From the NCBI RefSeq assembly GCF_006345805.1, contig NW_021823568.1, positions 1-21,968 of the forward strand: DNA of 21,968 bases, read 5' to 3'. Origin of the DNA: Octopus sinensis (taxonomy: Eukaryota). A model generated the notes under the pieces. It was not told the DNA's origin and ran no database searches. It saw only the letters and a program-made list of their open reading frames with translations. A program made the translations under genes and the position numbers. Positions 1 through 9,247 of the stretch are shown here, piece by piece. Every line of letters starts with the position of its first letter. The stretch's first letter is position 1.

Positions 1-140
1 AGACCACCATAAGTGCATTGATATCAATCAATCTTACTTGTAAGAAGTTTGACTTTTATACATCATTGAATTTAATAAATGCTTCACAATAAAAAAAGTC
101 TAAAAAATCCTCGAATGCATCTCTTCCTCTCTATCCTCTG

Positions 141-330
141 TATATACATATAACATATAATATAATATATAATATATATATATATAATATATATATATAT
201 ATATGCATATAATATATATATATATATTATATATACATATACATATACATACGTATATATATATGTCTGTGTGTGCGTGTGTGTGCGTGCGTGTGTGTAT
301 GCGTGTGTGTAGCGTGTGTGGTGTGTGCGT
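141..330. repeat. Compound microsatellite: (TA)n-like tract then (TG)n/(TGCG)n
   Basis: Read directly: TA-rich 141-264, TG/CG-rich 265-330. Confidence 0.95.
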
Positions 331-503
331 TATATTTATCTAACGTTTCACAATTCATTTTGCAATATTCTGATGTGAAATCGGTGTTGTTGTAACATAT
401 ATTGTCATACTTCGGGTTGGTCATTGATAACTTTGATAGGTTGCGGCTAGTATAGGCCCAGGCTATGTCTAACTGAATAGTACCATCTGGTGAAGTCTTT
501 TAC

Positions 504-3390
504 TCATATATGGGGCACCATAGCCAACTTTAGCAAGAAATTATTACTGTTGGAGACATAACGGGGTGTAGGAAGTTGGTCCGGGATTCTTTGAAGAAAT
601 TTGTCCAGTGAACATTTAAATTTTATGGGATCCGTTTCCGTTTTGATGTATTTTGGTACTAAAGAGAGCTAGACCGGTTGAGTTAAACTTATTGTGACGT
701 AATATTGTTATGTGTACCGAGTTCGATTTCTGTAATGGACGGATAGCACTGGACCAAGTCTTGGATGGATTTTAAAGTCGGTGCCAACATTATTTTTGCA
801 ATATTGGTGGAATATTTTCCCCATCACACAAAGGATGTAGCGCTCCCGACAGCGTTGGAGAGAGTAGAGACTGAGTTCTTTTAGTCAACCCCGATAGTCA
901 ATGCCTCCCATGCCATCTATCTTTCTTGTGATTGACCTCTGGAGTGCTTCCATTTTCATAATGAGTTACTTCGTATGGGTGGGGTGGGGGGCACACTGGG
1001 CAACAGTATTCATGGTGGTATCGAGCAAAGGTGGAGTAGAGAAGGATGGTGGTGTAGACATCACTAGACCGGTAAGTTCTCAGAATCCAGCAGCACATTT
1101 CGCGGGCCAAGTCAACCTTGCTATATCTTGCTATTTAGATTGTTATCAACAATCACTCCAAAGTCTCTGTTATTGTTGGATGGCACTAGGGAGTCGCCCG
1201 AGGGAAGAGCATATGGTAATTTCAGAGTTTCCAAAGTGGATCAAATCAAACTTATCTTCGTTTAGAAGCATATTGTTTTTTCCCGACCATTGGATAACAG
1301 CAAGCAGATCTGATTCCCATGCTGTTTATGGCTTTCTGGAGCTTGGAATCATCTGCAAAGATTTTCAATGTAGAATGTTTGAGGACATTGCTATGTCGTT
1401 GATGTAAATGATGAAGAGGAGTAAGCCCAACACAGTAAATTGTGGGAAACCACCACTGACTTTGGCTGACCTGGATCGTATTCCCTCAAACACATGTTCG
1501 ATTCTAATCGTCAGAAAGCACTTTATCCACTGCAGCAGCTTTCCACAGACTCCAATGTTGAACAGTTTCTTCAGCAGGATTTTGCAGTCCACTCTGTCAA
1601 ATGCCTTGTTGAAATCAAGGTGTGTGACGTCAGTGTTGGATCCTTCTCCCAACGCTTTTAAGATGTCATCAAAATGGTGCAGAAACTGCGACAGGTAATC
1701 CCTACTATCAGGGAAACCATGCTGGTTGGGGTTAAGCAGATTTTTGTCTTCGAGGAAGTGAGTTATTCGCGATCTCACCACCCTCTCAAATACTTTAATG
1801 ATATGAGAAGTGAGTGAAATCGGACGGTAGTTCACTGCAAGATATTTGTTTCCCTTTTTGAAGACTGGATCGACAGACTGGGAAAAGAAAAGGATCAGGA
1901 ATGCAGCCTGCATCAAGTGACTTCCTCTAGCTAGGGGTGGGTGCAATTTGATGTCGCTACATCTTCACGATAGTCGCCGGGAACTTATCGGGACCTACTG
2001 CCAAGTTGTGCTTAATCTTATCTATTTCTGTTAGGATATCAGGTGCACCAAAAGTTATGTTAGATATGGTTAATTGAGTGTTTACATCACTGATACTAGC
2101 CAGATCAACCGCATTAACGTTACTGAAGACAGCAGTATTTTCTCTGCAGTATCTCACACAGTATCTCTTTTCACAATCATGTTGAGTGTTGTTCTCATCA
2201 ACCAGAGGGCCAACTTTGGAAACCGCGTCTTTATGTGTTTTAGTCTGTTTTTTGAAAATGAAAAGAACATTTTGGGATTGAGATTTATTTTCTCAATGGC
2301 CCAACTCAACTCAGCTACTCTTTGTTAATGATGGTCATCATGCATTTTTGGAGGGTGTGTTTTTTCGGTTCGAGTGATGGCAGTCGAATGGGTGTGTTGC
2401 TGCTGGCAGTATTAAAGTCGGTTCATTTTCTTGTTAATTATTTTTATTTTTTATGATAATTGCTCTTCTATTTCTAGGGATTCTGCACTTATATTTGTAT
2501 CCTGATCTTAATGGAGTATGTTTGGCGCATATATTTGTTACAGAATCTAAAAATGTCTGCCATGGTGTGTTTATGTTGGTGGAGGGGGGAGAGTGCGTGC
2601 GTGAAGGCCCAACCAACTTGTGAAAGATCTACGTTATGAAAATCCATAGTATCAAATGAATGGACAGGAGAGATGCCACAGGATTTGATCTTTGCGTGGT
2701 AGAATCTCAGAACGCAGTGGACCATGTCATTGTCTGAGAGTAGTGGTGTTTTTTCCACTGCAATATTGAGGATAGTGTTAGTGTGGTTACTGAACACTAG
2801 GTCCCAGGTGTTTTTTGTGACACCATGTCGGTTCACGAACAAGCTGAGTCAGGAAAAACTCATCCATAAAATCAAAAAGCAATTCGATTGCTTGAAGTGA
2901 AAAAACTTGGTTTCAAGCTGTTTGTGGACCAATCAACATTGGGAAGGTTGAAGTCCCACATCATGAATATGTTGTCAGCATGACACCGATGGATGAAACA
3001 CTTGATACTGATGACGCATTACTTGAAGCGTAGGAAAGGAGTGAGGGGTGGCCTATAGAGGTCAACAACTATTAAATTGCTGGTTTTACTAAACACAGAA
3101 GCTGCTTCACAGTAGCCATTGGTAAATACGTTCATTGCTTCGGTTGAAAAAGAATCGTGCACGAAAATGGCGCTCGCACCCTTTCTTCTGAACAAATGGC
3201 TGTAAAATTCTTCACTCTCACCTCAGCTTCCAAGTGGAGGTTATTGAGATGGGTCTCTGCGAGGATGAGAAAAGGGATATGATGCGGATTGTTATTAACC
3301 CAGTCCTCAATGAATTGGATCTTCCATTTTTGGGTATTGGGAAGGGCTGACGCCTTATGTATTGAGCAAAAATGTTGAGGCGATAGTGGT
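504..3390 (-). pseudogene. LINE-A ORF2 (endonuclease-reverse transcriptase), frameshifted with stops
   Basis: APE motifs FLILAETHL, DLYRPP, WDFNLPNVDW, DLVFSN, LLSDNDMV. RT motifs NYRPISLTSHIIKVFER, NQHGF, LDFNKAFDRVD, GGFPQFTVLGLLLFIIYIND (1365-1946). C-terminal EYCCPV and LKELSLYSLQRCRERY-like segments. Confidence 0.95.
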
Positions 3391-3449
3391 GACTAATTTT
3401 GACTGTTTTGGTGATTTGCTTGTTAATGGCAGCCATGGGAGTTTGTGCA

Positions 3450-4640
3450 ATAGGGTGGTGGTGCGGGTGGTATTGTGTGATGGCTAGAATGTTCTTTTGT
3501 AGCTCTTTTGCCAGTTTCATTATGACTAAAAGAGAATTCTGTTTGGAGAACTGAAAATGTTTGTGGTTATGTGTTTTGTATTGGTTAGGGGTCCCGTTTA
3601 TATTTTTATCTGTGCGACGAGTCCCCGGGAGATGGGTAAGTGGACAATTATGCTGTAGACATAATCTGTTACGCTGGGAATAGCGGCAGAATCTAGGGTT
3701 CCGTATAATATGAGTGTTATTTTTTTTCAAATTTGATTTAGTATTTGGTGAGGGTGATGGCAGCGGTGATAGTGGCATTGTTTTAGATTGTGCACTTTAG
3801 TGGTAGCAGCTGTTGTGACAAAGAATTAAGCGTCTAGTCCCTAGTAAATGAGTGAATTTGCAATTAGTGTCAGTTCACAACCTCTTGCATAGTGAATAGC
3901 GGCATATTTTGGGGTTTCGTGTTTGGCAGTGAGGGGCATGGATTTTAATTTGTGTACATTTGTGTTTGGCAAATTCATTTATGGGTCTTCAAGTAAGCAT
4001 TTAGTCGGTTGATCGCAAACAGGGATTGTAGAAGGTTGAAGCTGTGTCTTGCTGTTTTTGAGGTGGTTGTTGTAGCTGTAATTGTTAATGTTGTTGCTGT
4101 AATCGTTGATGCTGCTGAAGACTTGATGGGTAGGTAACAAACTCTAGTTGAATGGGGCGTGAATTGCTGGAATCTGAGAAACTGACCGTTTCATTAAGTA
4201 GGTCATCAATTGTAGTTGAATTAAGGAGTGTTAAGGTTTGAGACTGGTTAGTTGTTCCTGCTGCAGATGTTGTTGTTGTTGCGGTGGTGATTGTTGCTTT
4301 TCTGAGGTGGACGTTTTTGTTGCTATGATGGTTGTTGTGGCTGTTTTTCTTTTGCCGAGGTGGTTACTGTTGCTGCCGTGGCTGTTTTTGTTGTTGCGGT
4401 GATGGTTGTTGTTGTTGTTGGTGGTGGTGTTGACCAGTATTTGAAGAGAAAACGCGTTGGAGTTTTACAAAATGTCTATCAATTAATTTAAATGCCATTT
4501 CTGTTTGTTTAAGTTTGTTTTGAATCTGTTTCTCGGAGCGATTTCTGAAAAGTAGAATTCTACGTCTGGCTATTAGGTCACAGCATGATGTGTCTATGTT
4601 TTCCATTTGGGCAAGACAATACCGTGAAATTATCAGAAGG
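3450..4640 (-). pseudogene. LINE-A ORF1 remnant: Q/T-rich low-complexity region plus two CCCH-type zinc fingers
   Basis: ORF pieces 4364-4606 and 3218-3778. Fingers at 3830-3919 and 3614-3703 (C-x8-C-x4-C-x3-H; the first has Cys2 replaced by TGA). Lies immediately upstream of the APE. Confidence 0.75.
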
Positions 4641-5317
4641 TCTGTTACATTCTCAGACCAATTTTGTTTATCTTAGAGTTTTCTTTTTAAATATATTTGT
4701 ATATTATTGATTTACTCCTTGTGTTAGTGCTCAGTTATGTAGAAACGTATGCAACAGTAGTGAAGTAGTAGTGTAGACTGTATTTGTATTTGAGATAAAT
4801 ATTTACAGATGCATGAAGATAAAATATATGTACATGATAATGCAGAAATTTTTGCTTTGATGAGGAAATCTGCAGTTTGAAAGTGAAGGGTGTTTGAGTT
4901 TTGCGAAATTTTGTGATAATTTGATACATATAGTCGTGTATATGTGGCCGTTAGTTTTAAAGGGAGAGTTTTCAACAGGGATATATGAGTGTGAAGTGAA
5001 AAGTCTGTGTATAAATTCTGAGTGCTCTATGAATTTAATAAAATCGCAGGATGCATGTGTACGTGCGTATATATTCATTAGAATCACCAGAGAAATTTAT
5101 ATTGTACTCACGAGAAATCATTTCGTTTTCCACAGGTTATTGCAGGATGTATGGGGTCAGAGTTAATCTTTTGTTGATTTCTAATCTCAGTTTTCGTAAG
5201 AATTAGGAATTAAAATCCAGAGATGTTTGAGTTGATATGGTTTCTGTTTCTTTAAATACTTACTAAACAGAGCAATGAAAAACACGTCCGGTTGCCACGG
5301 CTAACATTTTTATTTAT

Positions 5318-5510
5318 TTGTTATTTTAATTTATTTTTACCAAATTAACACACGCATTATGTAGATGTTCTTTTTCTTCATTCGTTTATTGCTGTTATTT
5401 TATTATTTTAATGCCTGTCCATTCTCCGGAAATCTTTCGTCACACATCTGTGACCTCTTCAGCGACTCTTGACGTTTCCGTGTGTGTTCTTGCTCCACTC
5501 ACTCCATTCT
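5318..5510 (-). repeat. Left arm of inverted repeat (putative PLE terminal repeat) with hammerhead-like core
   Basis: Reverse complement aligns to 8083-8231 (about 90% over ~125 nt, by eye) and to 8315-8375. Confidence 0.85.
5427..5466 (-). ncRNA. Hammerhead-like core (CUGAAGA-G-stem II-GAAA), weak stem I
   Basis: Minus strand reads gtcg CTGAAGA G GTCACA gatg TGTGAC GAAA GATTTC cgg. Stem II is a perfect 6 bp; stem I is only 2-3 bp. Confidence 0.45.
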
Positions 5511-5544
5511 GTTCTTTTAAGATGTGTGCGCATGCGATTTTGTT

Positions 5545-5650
5545 CTTGTGTGTGTGTGTGTGTGTGTGTGAGTGTCTGTGTGTGTGTGTGACTGTGTATG
5601 TATATGTGTGTGTGCGTGTGTGTGTGTGTGTATGCTTGTGTGTATGTGTG
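5545..5650. repeat. (TG)n microsatellite, interrupted
   Basis: Read directly. Confidence 0.95.
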
Positions 5651-6260
5651 TAATAGCTTTTAGCAGCAGCCCTCGGCCCCAACCTCTCACCCCAGTATGC
5701 TGCTGCTGTCCTAAGACCGGAGAAAAAATGGCGGGTGGGTGGAAGTTACAGTGCCTCAATTCCTTTCTTTATATGTGTTAATCCACGGTGTTGGCATCGT
5801 GGTAGTTTTGTTGTTGTTACTGTTGTCGTCGGCACCGCTGCTGCTGCTGCTGCTGACTGTGTTAATTGCATTATTAACACCATAAGGCCGTTCATGAGAT
5901 TTCATGTGTGTGTGTGTTTGTGTGTATGTATGCGTTTGTTTCGAATGTATCTATGCCCTTCATATTGATTTATATATTTACTTTATCTGCCTCTGTCTCT
6001 CATTTATCGCAGGTACGTGGCAGATATATTTAGACATTCGTTTATTTATCTATTCCATTCATCTGTTTTTTGCACCTGTCTCTATTTCTCATTCGTATCA
6101 CAGGTAAGTGCATATATGTCTATTGAGTGTATATTGCTCAGTACGTATCTGTGTATCATTTACGTTTCTTCCCTTCCCCTTTTGTCCCTTTCTCTCTCTC
6201 CTCCCATTTTATCCTTTTCTCGTTTTCCTTCCTCTCTCTTCACATCCCTACTGTCTTTAG

Positions 6261-6620
6261 TCACGTGGTGTGGTGGGTGTTACTGTTCCATTCATGTTTT
6301 CTATTGACGTTCGGTCTGTCTACAGTTATGTATGTAGCTTCTGTAATCTGTCTATTTGTCGATAGTATTTTAACCTCTATGTTATTAATTGTTCCATGAG
6401 TATGTTGGTAAAGTACTGACGAGCTTTTCCCTTTATTGAGCTCTCGCCAAGATCCACCTGTATGCGCTCCTATACTGCGTGCAGTCCCCCCGATGTAGGT
6501 AGTTGTCAGGTTTCTGCACTATCCCTCAGTACATCGTAAGCTACACACTACATTCCTAACCTTACAATTAACCCGTGGGTTCATCCTACATACAACACAA
6601 TTGTACTCCATACAGGGGTA
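6261..6620 (-). pseudogene. GIY-YIG endonuclease domain of the PLE (one in-frame stop)
   Basis: Hand translation: CMEYNCVVCRMNPRVNCKVRNVVCSLRCTEG*CRNLTTTYIGGTARSIG...SVLYQHTHG...RQITEATYITVDRPNVNRKHEW, stop at 6261-6263. Missed by the ORF track. Confidence 0.88.
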
Positions 6621-7089
6621 CTTATCAAAGGGATAGGTATTGCAGATTAGGAAATTTAAAGGGGCGCCAGGCCTTTCCACTACTTTAATTCGTAGATTAG
6701 CTTTAATTAATGTTTTTCTAAAAAGGCATGCTGGTTCGCCGCATAGAACACTCTGGAATTTTTTGCTGCCATACCAAGTGTTGACCTTATCTATCTTCTT
6801 ACTGGTTCTTTCCCGGCTGTTCTAGGATTTACTCCTGTGCAGCGAACAAATCCCCTTAGCGTCACTCCCTATGATGGCTTTGTACTTAGTCCTCCTGGCT
6901 GCTTTTTACACTCTCATCCTGTCCCTGTAGTTGTAGCCAGAGAACTGCATGTGGTGGATGAAGTGTTGTATGTGTCTTTCCAATTCCACAGGATCGCACA
7001 TGCCAGACACATACCTCATCACTTTCTCTAAGTCATCTTTCAGAATGTTGTAGTTGGCGTTGTCCGCAATCGCTGCGTTCTTGAGAACA

Positions 7090-7995
7090 AGTTATTTAGA
7101 GGCCATGGGTTTGGAGAAATGAGAGTGAAGGATCTGAACTTTACTGTTCTTCGTTTCTAGCCAGAGTTCAGTATCTAAAACAGGTAATCTATAGTTAGGA
7201 TGCTTACTAGAGCAGTCTATCGTTATTTCTATACTCTGATGCATGGAGTTAGTTATTTGCTGGATGCTCTCCACAATGTTAGCTTCTAGATCATCAACGT
7301 TGTCTAGATCATCAGCATTGTTGATATCATCCCCGTAGCGGGAGTACATGATTATACTTATGGAGTTCTCTGCTAATTTCTCTTTAAGCCTCATATCCCA
7401 CCATAAATAGGTTAGCCACATCGACAGCGATACTGACACTGATGGCTGCACCTTCCTCTTGGGTGTATATCTTGTTACCAAACTTAAATATATGGCTCTT
7501 GAGTGTGGTCTTGGTAATTGCACCGACCGCATGCGTGACCAACTTTTTTCCCTGATAATTTTCGGTGGTCCGTATACCTCTGGCCCAACCGTTCTATCTC
7601 ACTTTGGGAGTCTTCTTGGCCATAGAAGTTATAGTGTTGGGGTCTATGTCTTATCGACCTAGTGGGGCAGAAACAACTAAGGTCATGGTCATCTATGTAC
7701 TCATTGTCGCATGCTAGTCTCAGGCCTAGTTCTTCTGTGTCAACACCACAGAACTCCACATCGCTCTAACTGATTCCCTCCACACATTTCTTCACAGCAA
7801 AATTCAACATCAATGGATGGGTATAAGGGACTGTACGCCCATACTGCCTATTATACATGCTGTCAGATCATGGGCATGGTTGCTCACATTGATTCTGATG
7901 AGGAGGTCATCTGTGCTGTCACACACATCTGGGGGCATTTTTATCAGGGTGTGAGAAGTTGGGGCTGAAGGTAAGGCCACGCTGCGGCTAAAAGC
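7090..7995 (-). pseudogene. PLE reverse transcriptase core, frameshifted
   Basis: Pieces in ORFs 7810-8007, 7484-7759 and 7092-7532, plus an unlisted frame with the Q..G motif; YSRYGDD catalytic motif variant. Confidence 0.88.
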
Positions 7996-8002
7996 TATGA
8001 AA

Positions 8003-8070
8003 CACACACATACACACGCGCGCGATCACATACACACACACACAAGGACACAAACGCTTACACACACAAA
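8003..8070. repeat. (CA)n-rich tract at the PLE 5' junction
   Basis: Read directly. Confidence 0.85.
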
Positions 8071-8125
8071 GATAAACACCTTAGAAGGAGAGTGAGTGGA
8101 GCAAGAAAACACACGGAAACGAAAA

Positions 8126-8165
8126 GTCGCTGAAGAGGTCACAGATGTGTGACGAAAGATTTCCG
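8126..8165 (+). ncRNA. Hammerhead-like core, second copy
   Basis: CTGAAGA 8130-8136; stem II GTCACA/TGTGAC 8138-8153; GAAA 8154-8157; quasi-palindromic AGATTT then C. Stem I is weak. Confidence 0.45.
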
Positions 8166-8243
8166 TAGAATGGACAGGCATTAAAATAATAAAATAACAG
8201 TAATAAATGAGTAAAGAAAAGAGATGACTTACGTTCATATATT

Positions 8244-8295
8244 GAATGGCGGTGCCCCAGCATGGCCACAGCTCGTGAGCTGAAACTAGATAAAA
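8244..8295 (+). mobile_element. 3' tail fragment of a SINE/LINE family nested in the right arm
   Basis: GAATGGCGGTGCCCCAGCATGGCCACAGC...GCTGAAAC followed by an A/TA tail; absent from the left arm. Resemblance to a cephalopod SINE tail is from memory only. Confidence 0.6.
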
Positions 8296-8806
8296 TATAA
8301 TATATATATATATAGTGCGTGTGTTTATTTGGTAACAATAAATAAATAAATAAATAAATAAATAGATAAATAAACATGGCCATCCCGAAGTACAACAATA
8401 AATATATTCTTTTATATCTATAAATAATTCCACATGGTTCGCTTGTTTCAATGGAGTTCGACCACTCAAACGAATTTACAGGCATGATGGTAGTGAATTC
8501 TAGTAGCTGTTCCTTGCACATATCACTGAAAAGAATCGAGAACGTTGGGTGCTAAATTCGATATCATGATATCAAATTAACTGATATTCTTCATGCATCC
8601 TTGGCAGAGGTAAGACGTTATTTATGTTCCCTGTTTTTCTCTATCATGCTTGTCTTAGTGATTCTCCTGTGGCTTAGAAATATTTTTACTTCTATTTTTA
8701 GTGAAGCAGGCGCTTATGCAGTGCCCTAGTATATATATATATATATTCTTGTGTATGTGTATTTTGTTTCATATTTATATTTGCATTTTTATAATTGTAC
8801 TTTATA

Positions 8807-8934
8807 ATCTCTGACGAGGCCTTGAGGTATATATATATAAGTAACTCATTTTTAACTGCATATTACCTCAATACATCTGACTAATATGGGCATAATGAGA
8901 TACTCTTATCTACAGGCTGAAACAGCTGTAAGAT
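8807..8934 (+). ncRNA. Type I hammerhead ribozyme candidate (PLE/retrozyme-like) with a long structured loop II
   Basis: Stem I ATCT(8807-10)/AGAT(8931-34); CTGACGA 8811-17; stem II GGCC(T)/(A)GGCT; GAAA 8919-22; palindromic stem III ACAGCTGT 8922-29; predicted cleavage after GUA (8930). Confidence 0.75.
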
Positions 8935-9247
8935 CCATTTTATGTGTATTATTCTTATGGTATTGATATATCTTACATATTGATATATATTGATTTGTTG
9001 CATTTGGATGTTCCTATTTATGTAGTTAATAAATAATTTGAATTGGTAATATCTGGAAGTTGATGATTGAAATGAATCTGTTCCTCCATTTTCTTATTTG
9101 TATTATATCTTCTTATATATATTCTTATATGTATTATATATAATTATTAATTTGTCTATATTGCTTTACACTTGCGGGCGCCAACGTTATTATTATCAAA
9201 ATTTATATCGTGCTTTTATATTTATAATTAATTTCACATGGTTCTTT

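Larger units (their letters stand above)
425..4680 (-). mobile_element. LINE-A: decayed non-LTR retrotransposon (APE + RT, CR1/L2/Jockey group), near full length
   Basis: Minus-strand order ORF1 (low-complexity + CCCH) - APE - linker - RT - C-terminal domain. Possible short tail AACCTATCAAAGTTATCAA at ~425-443. 5' boundary uncertain (4620-5280). Confidence 0.92.
6261..8005 (-). mobile_element. Penelope-like element (RT + GIY-YIG), 5'-truncated and decayed; Cys-rich linker suggests Neptune/Naiad type
   Basis: RT segments VCDSTDDLL, GSMGVQSL, KSHIFKFGNKIYTQEEGAAISVSIAVDVANLFM, YSRYGDD, LPVLDTELW, ILHSHFSKPMAS; then the linker and a GIY-YIG domain. Confidence 0.9.
8083..8375 (+). repeat. Right arm of inverted repeat, interrupted by an ~80-bp insert, ending in (TAAA)n
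   Basis: Matches the reverse complement of 5318-5510 on both sides of 8232-8312. Confidence 0.85.

Noticed and set aside
38-99. Possible 62-bp minus-strand exon (AG...GTAAGA, one open frame)
   Set aside because: Poor polypyrimidine tract, no recognisable peptide, no partner exon.
227-424. HT/YI/CV-rich ORFs here and at 5411-6107 and 16339-16595
   Set aside because: Translations of microsatellites.
901-1698. Plus-strand ORFs of 168 and 96 aa, and similar ORFs antisense to LINE-B
   Set aside because: Antisense shadows of RT/APE coding sequence.
4724-5166. ORFs upstream of LINE-A ORF1, and a possible PHD remnant near 4620-4680
   Set aside because: No convincing motif spacing could be reconstructed.
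5725-5734. AAAATGGCGG YY1-like/start motif
   Set aside because: A single 10-mer followed by a 17-codon ORF; no other promoter support.
5985-6115. Two donor-like sites (CAG/GTACGT, CAG/GTAAGT) in a diverged ~90-nt duplication
   Set aside because: Low-complexity context, no coding exon; may be part of the PLE 3' region.
8470-8600. Possible GIY-YIG C-terminal remnant upstream of the hammerhead
   Set aside because: Only a vague RERW similarity with several stops.
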